From Candidatus Altimarinota bacterium (GTDB lineage Bacteria; Patescibacteriota; Gracilibacteria; CAIRYL01): a stretch of DNA of 64,000 nucleotides. Positions 19,801-27,154 of this stretch are shown piece by piece (position 1 is the first letter of the stretch; the number at the start of each line of letters is the position of its first letter). The notes beneath the pieces were generated by a model. It ran no database searches. It was given only the letters and a program-made list of their open reading frames with translations, and had not been told where the DNA came from. Location: contig OZ252287.1 in assembly GCA_965250085.1 (NCBI GenBank), forward strand, positions 1,216,001 to 1,280,000, in the 5' to 3' direction. The translations under genes and the position numbers were made by a program.

Positions 19801-21963
19801 ATTAAAACTAAAGACTTTATTATTTGGCTTCGTGATATTATCCCCTCCACTGAGATTTACTCGATTGAGTCCCCAAGTAGTGTTGTCTGCGGGATTTTGA
19901 GATCCCAGCTTATAATTCGCTGCCGCTGTCCAGTTATTAGAACCATCATTTTGCATGGTTACGGTGACCGGATAACTCTGCCCTACCAACATCGTTGTGG
20001 GAATACTAGTACTAGTGTCCACACAAATCGCTTCGTTTGCTCCGGCGACGGTAGCGGTACAGGATGCATCTGTTGCGCTAGCACCAATACCAGCACACGT
20101 CCAGTTGACGGAATTTCCCTGGGAGGGAAATGTGGGATCCGGTGAAGGAGCTGTCCCCTTATCACAAAAAGAGCCACCACCCCATCCCGTTGCACCCGAT
20201 GGATAATCAGTTGCACGACTCCCACACGCTCCATTTTCCACAATATTGATATTGACACTTGGAGTCAGTGGCGCGGTTTTGGTAGTGCCATACCATGAGA
20301 CCCTGAGCCGTGGAGTTTTGGACCCCAGAGCACTATAGGAATGCTGATTGGTAAAGCTATTATTCGTGGTACTAATAGGACCCAAATCATATGACGCTCC
20401 ATTATTTTCCCAGTCCCATTCATATGTTTTGCTCCCGACACAGTTGGCGGCATTGGTCACATTTCCGGAAAAGGCGATATTTTCATTAATTTGCGCAGTT
20501 GAGGGATCTGCAATGGCGGTGAGCGTAAATGTACACGCCGGCTCATGATCTGCCTGACAGCTCGCATTGGTTCCACTATTGAGACCGAGACAGGTCCAGG
20601 TGACATCAGTGCCATTCGCCGGAAAAGCTGGACTTGTTGGACTCGCCGTTCCCGCAGAACAGAACACATCTCCTGGCGCCCAGTCGGTTTCTGGCGCGAT
20701 AATCGTTCTGTGAGCAGATCCACATGCTCCATCTACCGGAAAAGGAGGAATAGCTACTGATGCTGTACAATTACCGGACTGTGATCCCCCGTTGAGACCA
20801 TTACACTTCCAAGATACACTCTGACCTTGATTGGGAAATGTCGCGTTCCAAGTAGGATTTCCCGCGCTACAATAGGTAGATCCACCATCCCACGTGCTCT
20901 GATTGTACGGATGGCTTTTGGCGCGGGTAGAGCTACACTGGCCACTAATAATCTCTACACAACTACTTCCGTTCCACGTGTATGCACTGGCACATTTATA
21001 TCGGCACTGAGTAGTACTTCCAGTGACAAAATATGATGTAGTGGTGTCGTTATCTGGATTCCAGTTTGTACACTGACTCCCATTAGAAGCAGCACATGTT
21101 TGTGAAAAAGAACTCACGGTATTCCAGACAGTCGAGCTCCCTCCGGGCTTTGCCGGACATGTATTTGTTTTGTTTTCCCACTGGCACGTAGAGCTACACC
21201 CATCCCCATTTTGAGTATCTCCATCATCACATTCTTCACTGGGCTGGTTGTTTGATCCATCACCACAGGCTGCTGGAAGGACACAGGCTCCTCCACTACG
21301 CACATATCCAGATGCACATTTGTATCGGCATGAAGTAGAACTGCCATTGGTATTATAATCCGTAGTATTATCATCTGCAGGACTCCAGCTCGTACAAGTA
21401 GGACCATTAAATGCAGTACACGTTTGCGTAAAAGAAGACACCGAATTCCAGACCGTGGTATTCCCTCCCGATTTAGCAGGACACGTATTGGTCTTAGAGG
21501 TAGGGCGGTTGTCGATGGTGAAAGAACCGGTTTTTGTGTCAGAAGGACCATAATTGCCAACAGCTTTAAAAGTTACATTATACGTACCATTGTCAAGACC
21601 GCTGATATCAAAATCATGAATATCGGTCTCTAGTGATGGAACGGATCCACCAGAGTATGTAGATCCGAAATAATTTCCAACGGGACTAACAAGCGAAGAG
21701 TTTCCTTCAGAGTATTGAGGGGCCCCTATGGCATCACAAGATGCTTCTGGATAAAAACTTATTGTCATCCTAAGGGTAGTTTGTTGACTAGTTAACAACT
21801 CAGCATAGTTAACAAAAATGGAAGTATTTTGCATTGATCCTATGCTAAAACATTGTACGGCAAATGCTGTATTTCCACCCAAAAAAATATCATATCCAAA
21901 GAGCAATACGCAGCAAATCCCCAAAAGGCAGACGCGCCGAAGTGTTGGTATCAAGGAAGTCAT
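13849..21963 (-). CDS. Giant (2704 aa) secreted or surface protein: Cys-rich repeats, PKD-like, NBR1-Ig-like, two LamG (ConA-like) and CBM-like domains
   Basis: Signal peptide; CGDG..Q.SEECDDG (Myxococcus-type Cys repeat); G.CGS...W.C.G repeats; YEWDW (PKD-like); MQWQMVEEGVEWFG; two LamG domains ending F.G.IDD..IYDRAL. Confidence 0.88.
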   Translation of the reverse strand: MTSLIPTLRRVCLLGICCVLLFGYDIFLGGNTAFAVQCFSIGSMQNTSIFVNYAELLTSQQTTLRMTISFYPEASCDAIGAPQYSEGNSSLVSPVGNYFGSTYSGGSVPSLETDIHDFDISGLDNGTYNVTFKAVGNYGPSDTKTGSFTIDNRPTSKTNTCPAKSGGNTTVWNSVSSFTQTCTAFNGPTCTSWSPADDNTTDYNTNGSSTSCRYKCASGYVRSGGACVLPAACGDGSNNQPSEECDDGDTQNGDGCSSTCQWENKTNTCPAKPGGSSTVWNTVSSFSQTCAASNGSQCTNWNPDNDTTTSYFVTGSTTQCRYKCASAYTWNGSSCVEIISGQCSSTRAKSHPYNQSTWDGGSTYCSAGNPTWNATFPNQGQSVSWKCNGLNGGSQSGNCTASVAIPPFPVDGACGSAHRTIIAPETDWAPGDVFCSAGTASPTSPAFPANGTDVTWTCLGLNSGTNASCQADHEPACTFTLTAIADPSTAQINENIAFSGNVTNAANCVGSKTYEWDWENNGASYDLGPISTTNNSFTNQHSYSALGSKTPRLRVSWYGTTKTAPLTPSVNINIVENGACGSRATDYPSGATGWGGGSFCDKGTAPSPDPTFPSQGNSVNWTCAGIGASATDASCTATVAGANEAICVDTSTSIPTTMLVGQSYPVTVTMQNDGSNNWTAAANYKLGSQNPADNTTWGLNRVNLSGGDNITKPNNKVFSFNVTAPAIPGNYTMQWQMVEEGVEWFGEMCPGGAGVDIQVSGTPWFGNIHNSAYGQDMGWVMFGDPDGTSYAGVYQGVSIATIADENNHYPLSGNAYSSSLGLLDFSGTYGTLDGDWGILNGDASFLSTGSTLTLSNGTPPCESYKTSFDPPSASNYGVCIERGSGFMYGYAWSSTYGWLSFSDNIVLLGTIGNSPVFDDTNIDSNATYQTTTFWIPNISITLTASSDIFTADDSIDGIELGTSNMSLGNCSLLDAEIHRIVDGTVYTDFGTTYTEVQPIAHYRLDDGTGITASDSGPNLLQGSISGAGWTSGRYGNGLDFDGTGDYATVSANPDLNITNYTVAVWIKPNGNGAPTEWAGIVGKPGRNFNIWLHSDGFIHHRFHNSTSTNDGAPNTPIGSITGDQWNHVVITNDGTTAKTYINGIEQANGSAGGAPISDNTALNIGRNLDGASSVYFNGVIDDIRIYDRALTTSEIGTVMQNGTLTSGMSGYLDSVPLSKGSDYTLSCSADGKTIHLNMMGSISKTPGLYWLTGRLYDKDIQSTINNIRLPGIIAGDPIVYQITSGDPCWSGCDGTNSKAEIDANVTDWGDSVLTNGDFSSSEAYTPGWDTALNGTTRGSGGWNGGYNAGAASPSIGYFSHITTGTECTGGSGGCLEFIDENGTYGLTHRWMGDWQTIATDLGASGFVQGEKLKVSLDVKVTDVNKPVKFGIHHEEGGTPSWGTESEGMGLIEKYVSIADQWQTIEHVFTLNSNVDMDSFARFYIYGHYGTVEARFYVDNASVQREVSAVTANAYPVADLTDSYDFNVELYDQYGNATSFSEPLWFSSHVQNAGMEAGSGTDASDWAVIDSASLSEEWTSAEAHSGTYSVKSTVTGTTPGDCYASENHPHCHGLRQTITLTNSALGRDFFASAWVKAPVGIDVRLSAHSNPWGNAHAISNVVTGTGEWMYLETPVLTPVSGADDTIQIRLATYSNILNTDVYWDDVTLLENNAFDGEISLQFDDRISLVQILGEPGAGTLGDATRYQDVTNTDIPTSLIVNPASGTSLKTVSTLDVPSNQMGFRIFSMAPTNYGDGGNTEDNRLWVDDFSFSRRLSPVHTDLLMSLPLDETSGSVANDESANANDGTVNDGGDGGAVWGEAKHSNGLSFDGNNDWINIGSLGDPNEATLMMWFKKLNTNSGTQFLVDGRDGVTSGAAWWLIQDHSPATGVCSTDIASGGDASNADGNLCFRSTLRILPSELQNDTWYHVAVTTSDTGGSKLYLNGELKDSDETDTLNINLANVRLGTSYQNASYFDGTLDDVKIYDRALSPAAIKTAMNVTQRFDDTALPASGKPIFSGTANLFGSENSLQFAPMIRATPTFATSYPEEETGFFDITLEKASTTEVTNVSWLQELNTQDVDGNQHPTRLINFENFYPTSLTPPFSATPLNLFELAKVAGTTLFGSMRSGSIHDALSTLLDANETFTMQFVPEVIGSWEPSHKLKYLAYITYEINGITAKYEMASKDPDFCAAPPLNAPGCPLPPHECDGLTNQQCCDLGYPELCVDPGGVGILYFSVSGATHGEGVEPDAIDNTEAVSFDSGYLPYSAMQEGIRRSVAEITRAYDADANEPQNPFISGKITADESVDTTTHLISGIDSDMIFANIDELFTPSSGNPQTNAKGVGRLLEENKVLWITSGTQNKGFTLIIDGDSVLSSNSEESPRTLIVEGGNVYLKNNITGAGNLGIIILKNRSSGVGTSIFQQYGNLLISPNPTNIKAAAFVEGSLLTMDDTLGIYDGIQNQVAWDNALIHQLYFLGAFSSQNTAGGVTQVKNLASAPSTLVGLPNYEHLLMPSTTSFDQYSTYISNYIASGDETALKVATRFDLQKIRKFERLLVLEDDINGDGIIDGMESEDCELVNCVPNPNGPKIWMTADTASKEARRFDGQDWSSVASYDDNGSFSGNNDLAETQFLSAVILEYDPGLLDDLPIGFLIPIEATSTSQSTR

Positions 21964-21988
21964 GGAATCAATGACGAATTATAAATCT

Positions 21989-22092
21989 GCTGGCTCCATA
22001 GTTCCACCTTTGGTGGACTGTGGAGCCCTTCTTCGTATATAGCAGCGGCAGTTCTTAGTTGGTTCAAGTTTGCAACTTGAACCATGTGTTTC
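21989..22092 (+). repeat. REP doublet A1+B1
   Basis: 42-bp hairpin GCTGGCTCCATAGTTCCACCTTTGGTGGACTGTGGAGCCCTT (21989-22030) and GTTGGTTCAAGTT-TGC-AACTTGAACC (22058-22083). Confidence 0.88.
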
Positions 22093-22271
22093 CTTGATAT
22101 TTCATATTGCTTTCTCCAAAGATACCATTCTCTTCTCCACAGAGGGAGAATGTTTCCAAGTGAGGAGAGAAGGGCTTTGAGTGGGGAGACTGGCATAATG
22201 TCAGAGCTGTCTAATATTTTTATTATTCCAAGTATACGTGAGAGGAATTAAAAAACAACGGTATTCCGTCT

Positions 22272-22425
22272 GTCTTCCTGATCCCGAGCTCGTCGAGGGA
22301 ATGGAGCGACGAAGGATCTCTCTCGGATATTCGTGAAGATTTTTACAGATTCTTCGGCTTATGTTTCTTGGAGAGATCTAAACTTTGGAATACTCATCGT
22401 GAAGTATCTGAAGCCTCAGAATGAC
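22272..22425. repeat. MITE/REP-like composite element (GTCWTYCTGA...GAAGGATCT / AGATTCTTCG...TCAGAATGAC) with a nested hairpin
   Basis: Inverted ends gtcttcctga / tcagaatgac (8/10); inner cgaaggatct / agattcttcg (9/10); nested tcccgagctcgtcgaggga at 22282-22300. Confidence 0.65.
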
Positions 22426-22454
22426 CAGGGTAGATAACTGCTATGACTTTTTTG

Positions 22455-22700
22455 GTCCCCCCGTTGGTTTTAGTCTTTTCCTCTCGCAGGAGTCTCTTGC
22501 AAAAGGACTCCAGCGTATTTTCCTCAATAGATCGTCGGAGTCCCAGAGTGGAGACTCCGCTGGGAAGAAGGTTGCGGGGAAACCATTTCTGACTTCCTGA
22601 GAAGTCCCAGCTGGCTCCATAGTTCCACCTTTGGTGGACTGTGGAGCCCTTTGTTGGTTCAAGTTTCCTCCTTCGGCGGACAAGTGCAACTTGAACCGCA
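22455..22700. repeat. REP cluster upstream of RAYT, including A2+B2
   Basis: Several GYYGG-tagged hairpins; exact 42-bp copy of A1 at 22610-22651; B2 carries a 19-nt insert in its loop. Confidence 0.88.
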
Positions 22701-22736
22701 TGTTTCTATACTCTCCAATACATTTACAATAGAGTA

Positions 22737-23237
22737 ATGCCCTCTATACGCATCAAAAAAGATATGAATAAGGGAATATACTTCCTTACATTCACGGTAC
22801 TCAGGTGGTACTACCTGTTTGATCGGCATAACAGGTGGGATATCCTGTTAGAATCTCTGCGATATTGCCAAAAACAGAAAGGTCTGAAGGTATATGGATG
22901 GGTATTTATGCTCAATCATCTTCATCTCATTGCGCGGAGTGATGATGTAATTGGATTTGTACGAGATTTTAAGAAATTTACCTCCAAAGAACTCAAAAAG
23001 AACATACAGGCAACAGAGCCAACTGTTTTGGATCTTTTCGAAGAAGGAGAGAAGTATGAATTTTGGCAGAAAACCAATATGCCGGAGATGATAGAGAGTG
23101 AAGCTTTCTTTCTGCAAAAATTGCAATATATTGAAAATAATCCTGTGAAGAAGAAATATGTAAAAAAACCAGAGGATTGGATATATTCATCTGCCAATCC
23201 TGATTGTCTTCTTGAGTTAGAAGTGATGGAAACCTAA
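22737..23237 (+). CDS. REP-associated tyrosine transposase (RAYT; HUH/Y1, IS200-like fold)
   Basis: YFLTFT, FMLNHLHLI (HUH), RDFKKFTS, FWQ, YIENNPVK (catalytic Tyr), PEDWIYSSA; flanked by inverted REP hairpins. Confidence 0.92.
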   Translation: MPSIRIKKDMNKGIYFLTFTVLRWYYLFDRHNRWDILLESLRYCQKQKGLKVYGWVFMLNHLHLIARSDDVIGFVRDFKKFTSKELKKNIQATEPTVLDLFEEGEKYEFWQKTNMPEMIESEAFFLQKLQYIENNPVKKKYVKKPEDWIYSSANPDCLLELEVMET

Positions 23238-23238
23238 G

Positions 23239-23266
23239 GGTTCAGGTTACAAACCTGAACCAACGG
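23239..23266 (-). repeat. REP immediately downstream of RAYT, inverted orientation
   Basis: Minus strand CCGTT-GGTTCAGGTT-TGT-AACCTGAACC. Confidence 0.88.
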
Positions 23267-23350
23267 AGGGATATCCCCATTGTTCCTGCTGAAGACGCAT
23301 GAGAGGGTCACCCGAAGGCGGATGACTCCCACTTAACGCGGGGGGATGCT

Positions 23351-23890
23351 TTAGAAACCTGCCGAAATTGCTGAGGCAACAGTTTGAGCAGAGTTTAATA
23401 CAAATGTATTAGGGGAACTACCTGGCGCATCCCTATTCACAGATCCAGTTCTTACTGCTCCGCTAGAATTTGTGATAGTTATATCGTACTGATCGTTGTT
23501 TGAATCGTACGTCAGGCTATTTACTGTGTAGCCATCGTTTTCGAGAATATCTCTTATTGCGGGTAATAGATTGGTCGCATAGACATCAGATTGACTTTCG
23601 GTGCATCCGCTTTGATTCACTGTGCTCATAGCAGGGGTTCCATCACAAAGATCGTTTGCATTACTCACGCCATCACCGTCAACATCATCGGGGTTACCAC
23701 CGCCTCCGGGTGCTGTGGGACTGTCGCTGCTACATCCTTCCGTAACAGCTCCCAAAGCCATGATGGCTGTGAGGGGGAGTGCCAGTCGATGCTTACGAAG
23801 ATACTGCTGCAAGCGGGCAAGGGCTCCATTCGGAGTAGCAGGTGCCTCACTGGCAAGAGGAAGAGAATCAATTTGAGTATTATTATTCAT
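23351..23890 (-). CDS. Putative lipoprotein with a thrombospondin type-3-like Ca-binding repeat
   Basis: Hydrophobic segment ending AVTEGC (lipobox-like); DVDGDGVSNANDLCDGTP...VNQSGC. Confidence 0.75.
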   Translation of the reverse strand: MNNNTQIDSLPLASEAPATPNGALARLQQYLRKHRLALPLTAIMALGAVTEGCSSDSPTAPGGGGNPDDVDGDGVSNANDLCDGTPAMSTVNQSGCTESQSDVYATNLLPAIRDILENDGYTVNSLTYDSNNDQYDITITNSSGAVRTGSVNRDAPGSSPNTFVLNSAQTVASAISAGF

Positions 23891-23925
23891 GGTTTATGAA
23901 GAGTTATAAAATAAAAGAGTAACGC

Positions 23926-23953
23926 ACTATAATACTAAAAAAAATCTTGTCAA
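23926..23953 (-). promoter_or_regulatory. Putative sigma70 promoter for the lipoprotein gene
   Basis: Minus strand TTGACA-16 nt-TATAGT. Confidence 0.6.
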
Positions 23954-24130
23954 TACTTTTTTTATCTTTTCTTTTTTCCTCTTTTCTTTTTTCCTCTTTA
24001 ATACGGGACTGATTGCAGACAATTATTTTTTGAAATTACATATGATCGCGTAACGTTGTACTCCCTCCTTCTCTTCTTGTCAAATATTTTCCATCAATTT
24101 TTTAAGAGAACAATAATACTGACAACCCCT

Positions 24131-24332
24131 TCCGCCATGGCGGACAGGCTTTTGTCTCTGTTAGTTCGAGTCCCCCCGTTGGTTTTAGTCTCCCTGCTGG
24201 TTCAATCGTCCTTCGATTGAACCTCTGGTTTGAAAACACTGATTTTTGCAGGAACCGTACTCATTGACGACCGTCATCATGGAGCATTTCGCATCCAAAC
24301 ATTTTGGAGCAATAAGCATAATTGCTCCAGCG
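24131..24332. repeat. Distal REP cluster
   Basis: tccgccatggcgga; 22-bp copy of 22455-22476 at 24170-24191; TGCT-GGTTCAATCG-tcctt-CGATTGAACC; minus-strand CGCTGGAGCAAT...ATTGCTCCA. Confidence 0.8.
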
Positions 24333-24358
24333 AGGGAAAGCGGGACCCTCACTTAATT

Positions 24359-27121
24359 TTAATACACATCTGCGCAGCATCGAACATACACTCCAGTAGC
24401 GGCTGACGCCAGTGTACATTCTGGCGGCCAGGTTTCTAAAAATTGATAATTCGGCAAGAGTTCGCTTCCACTACGAGTCCAATAGCTGTTGGTGCCACAA
24501 GAAGTTGATGACCATATCCTTGTATTATCATACCCGCACCCGGTTCCGGCAGGATCCATATCCGCAATCTCGGCGATAGTACACAGTCTGGCACCAGCGT
24601 TTTCACAGAATGCTTTTGCGGCACTGTAGGTCATTTCTCCGGAACATCCAGTCAGTGGTGCTGCATCAGATTCTCCACACACATTGGGGTTCCCGGTCGC
24701 GGCATTTGTCCAGCCCAAAGTGGCGCACGATGATTCGCTGACGCAGGCGTTCAAACTCAGAGGCGGAGTATCCAGACTATAATCTTGAGAAAGCTGAGAA
24801 ACATCATAGCTGTGTTCTGTTAAAGAGCAGAGATCATTCTCTACCTGGTTCTTAAATTGTGATATGAGAGATCCCTCTGGATCGAGAGCATCATCGGAAA
24901 GCCCCAATTGATTTGGCAAAGAAAATGAACTATAGATCGCATCTATATCATCTGCCTGTATTGCTGTGAGCGTGCTATTGCTTGTTACCTCTCCTGTCCC
25001 CAAAAGAAAATTGGCAAAATCTACTCCACAAGTAGTAAGCCACTCGACGAGTTGCCCTCCCTGCAAAGTACTGACTCCATTATAGGTAAAACTGCAGGGC
25101 GTAGCTGCTGTTATGGACTGACTGGTAAAATTAAAATCAGTATTACCCCATGGTGCCGAATTGTTCAGAACTTGGTCAAAAGAGAGTGCGGAAATATCAT
25201 TGAGCTTCTCAAAGCTCCCAAAAGTAGTTTCTGGACGAACCGTAAATCGTATCATTCGCTGATTGCCATTTACGTACATTTCACATCCCACCAGAGTGGT
25301 GTGTTCTTTTCCGTATCCGGAGGGAGTGCCAGCAGTTCCATTATATTTATTGGCATACCCACCGCCTGCACAGGCAACATTGTCAGTACCGTTAGAACCT
25401 CCCCAAATATACGCATCTTCATCCCAGCCGAAATAACCAAATTTATTGGCATTATTGGTCCCTTGCAAATTAATTATTGTCAGTATACGATCTATACTTG
25501 TGGTTGCATCAGAAGCTTTGACGGTAAAGCTATATGTATTACTGCCATTTACTACCCAGTCTGGATTTTGAAGCGTTACCGCATCAAGCACAGGCGGGGT
25601 GCCATCGCTCGTAAAATTGAGGTCATAGTTCGTCCAGCCATTGAGCTGAAAAAATGCATCTCGTGTCCACAGAGAAATGTCATTCAATTGGAAAAAATCT
25701 CCAAATGTTGCTCCTGGTTGAACGGTCCAGGTGACCGTACGCTGTTTTCCAGAAAGAGAGGTCGTACATCCCGTCAAAGTAATATGATCATATCCATAGT
25801 TTGTATTATGTTTACTCGCGTATCCCCCACCAGTACAGGCAATCTGGTCTGTACCAGCCCCTGACCACGTATAGGTATTATTGCGCCAGCTAAAATATCC
25901 ACGCTTATTGGCATTATTGGATCCTTGATAGTTGATAAGACTTCGTATATCAGTTGCTCCCTCACTCATTCCAACTCCATTATCTGTCACCACTGCTATA
26001 ATATTATATGATGTGGTGCCATTCGTTTTCCACCCCTCTGTACCATATTGAGTAATGGTGAGACTGTTCTTTACAGGTGCACTGGTATCCATGCGCACAT
26101 ATACTCCTGACGAAGGAGAGCTTTGCAAGCCGGCGTTATCAACGGCATACCAATAGTAGTATCGATATGTTCCATCAGATGGAAGATGTGTCCCACTTAC
26201 TGTGTGAGTGGTACTCAGACCATTATTTGTGGTGACCCATGCCGTGCATCCCGAAGCATTGTTGGCGCTTCTGCAAAGCTTATAATACGCAACACCAGAT
26301 CCATTGTCTGTCGATCCAGTTGTAGCGGCTACAAAATCCGTATTCACATAGTGATCTCCTTTCCATGTGGTAGTCATGGCTCCCGGCTGAGTGGGTGTAT
26401 CTTCCATCTTCGCAATGGAGCTGGAGAGATACCACGATGACCACAATCCATCACCATTTTGAGCTCTATATTGAAATTGATATGCGGTATTTACTACACC
26501 GGTAAATGTGTAATTGGTACAATTATTCTGGACGGTTGACCATCCGCCAAAGGATCCAGTAGATCCATTGGTTATAGTGGCTTGTCTTCGCTGGAGCTGA
26601 CAGGTACTGACTCCTGATTGAGGATCAGACTCCGTAGTAGTAACGGTCAGTGAAAGATTTGTCACCCATCCATTTGTATACGAAATGGAACGAGTGGGAG
26701 CGGTATCATCACTAATAGTAACACTCACGGTGTCATAGCCATTGATACCACCATTGGCAGAATTTCTCAGACGACACCGAGCTGTAGTACTCCCTCCTGA
26801 TGGATACGTTGTCCAGGCATGATTTATTGTTCGACTGGTGACATTATTAGCATTACTCTGATAATCCCAACTCCCATCATTTGTCCAGTCCCAATAGTGT
26901 ATCCATGAACTGGTACAGTCTCCAGAAGCGTTTAATGCTTTCGACTGCATCGCAACATTTTCTCCTACATCTGCTGGATTGGGACCGTTATTAAAACACT
27001 GAGTATCAAAAGTACAAGCGGCAGAAGCACTCTGCGTGTCTAGAAACAGGAACAGCCCCATTCCCAAAAAGGCGAGAAAGATGAGTTTGATATGACGAAA
27101 GGAAAAAGGGAAAGAGGACAT
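24359..27121 (-). CDS. Secreted or surface protein (920 aa): PKD/FN3/Ig-like domains, two ~160-aa repeats and a C-terminal Cys-rich lectin-like domain
   Basis: Signal peptide ending ASA; YWDWTNDGSWD; YQFQYRAQN; D.SAP/DGTPP Ig linkers; FCENAGARLCT...RCCAD. Confidence 0.82.
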   Translation of the reverse strand: MSSFPFSFRHIKLIFLAFLGMGLFLFLDTQSASAACTFDTQCFNNGPNPADVGENVAMQSKALNASGDCTSSWIHYWDWTNDGSWDYQSNANNVTSRTINHAWTTYPSGGSTTARCRLRNSANGGINGYDTVSVTISDDTAPTRSISYTNGWVTNLSLTVTTTESDPQSGVSTCQLQRRQATITNGSTGSFGGWSTVQNNCTNYTFTGVVNTAYQFQYRAQNGDGLWSSWYLSSSIAKMEDTPTQPGAMTTTWKGDHYVNTDFVAATTGSTDNGSGVAYYKLCRSANNASGCTAWVTTNNGLSTTHTVSGTHLPSDGTYRYYYWYAVDNAGLQSSPSSGVYVRMDTSAPVKNSLTITQYGTEGWKTNGTTSYNIIAVVTDNGVGMSEGATDIRSLINYQGSNNANKRGYFSWRNNTYTWSGAGTDQIACTGGGYASKHNTNYGYDHITLTGCTTSLSGKQRTVTWTVQPGATFGDFFQLNDISLWTRDAFFQLNGWTNYDLNFTSDGTPPVLDAVTLQNPDWVVNGSNTYSFTVKASDATTSIDRILTIINLQGTNNANKFGYFGWDEDAYIWGGSNGTDNVACAGGGYANKYNGTAGTPSGYGKEHTTLVGCEMYVNGNQRMIRFTVRPETTFGSFEKLNDISALSFDQVLNNSAPWGNTDFNFTSQSITAATPCSFTYNGVSTLQGGQLVEWLTTCGVDFANFLLGTGEVTSNSTLTAIQADDIDAIYSSFSLPNQLGLSDDALDPEGSLISQFKNQVENDLCSLTEHSYDVSQLSQDYSLDTPPLSLNACVSESSCATLGWTNAATGNPNVCGESDAAPLTGCSGEMTYSAAKAFCENAGARLCTIAEIADMDPAGTGCGYDNTRIWSSTSCGTNSYWTRSGSELLPNYQFLETWPPECTLASAATGVYVRCCADVY

Positions 27122-27154
27122 AAGGAAAGGGAATATAAAAGGATAGGCTTTTGT

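Noticed and set aside
21960-22701. Short ORFs 21960-22196 and 22441-22701
   Set aside because: They read through REP hairpins, and their shared peptides come from the duplicated 42-bp repeat.
24164-24174. GTTCGAGTCCC matching the tRNA-Asp T-arm as a possible att site
   Set aside because: Only 11 bp, about 28 kb upstream of the tRNA with housekeeping genes between; probably chance.
21989-24332. CRISPR array
   Set aside because: Repeats are irregularly spaced, in both orientations and of different sequence; there are no cas genes. A RAYT/REP cluster explains them.
25052-25864. Long antisense ORFs (270 aa here, 257 aa at 14578-15351)
   Set aside because: They lie entirely opposite well-supported genes and have no motifs; shadow ORFs.
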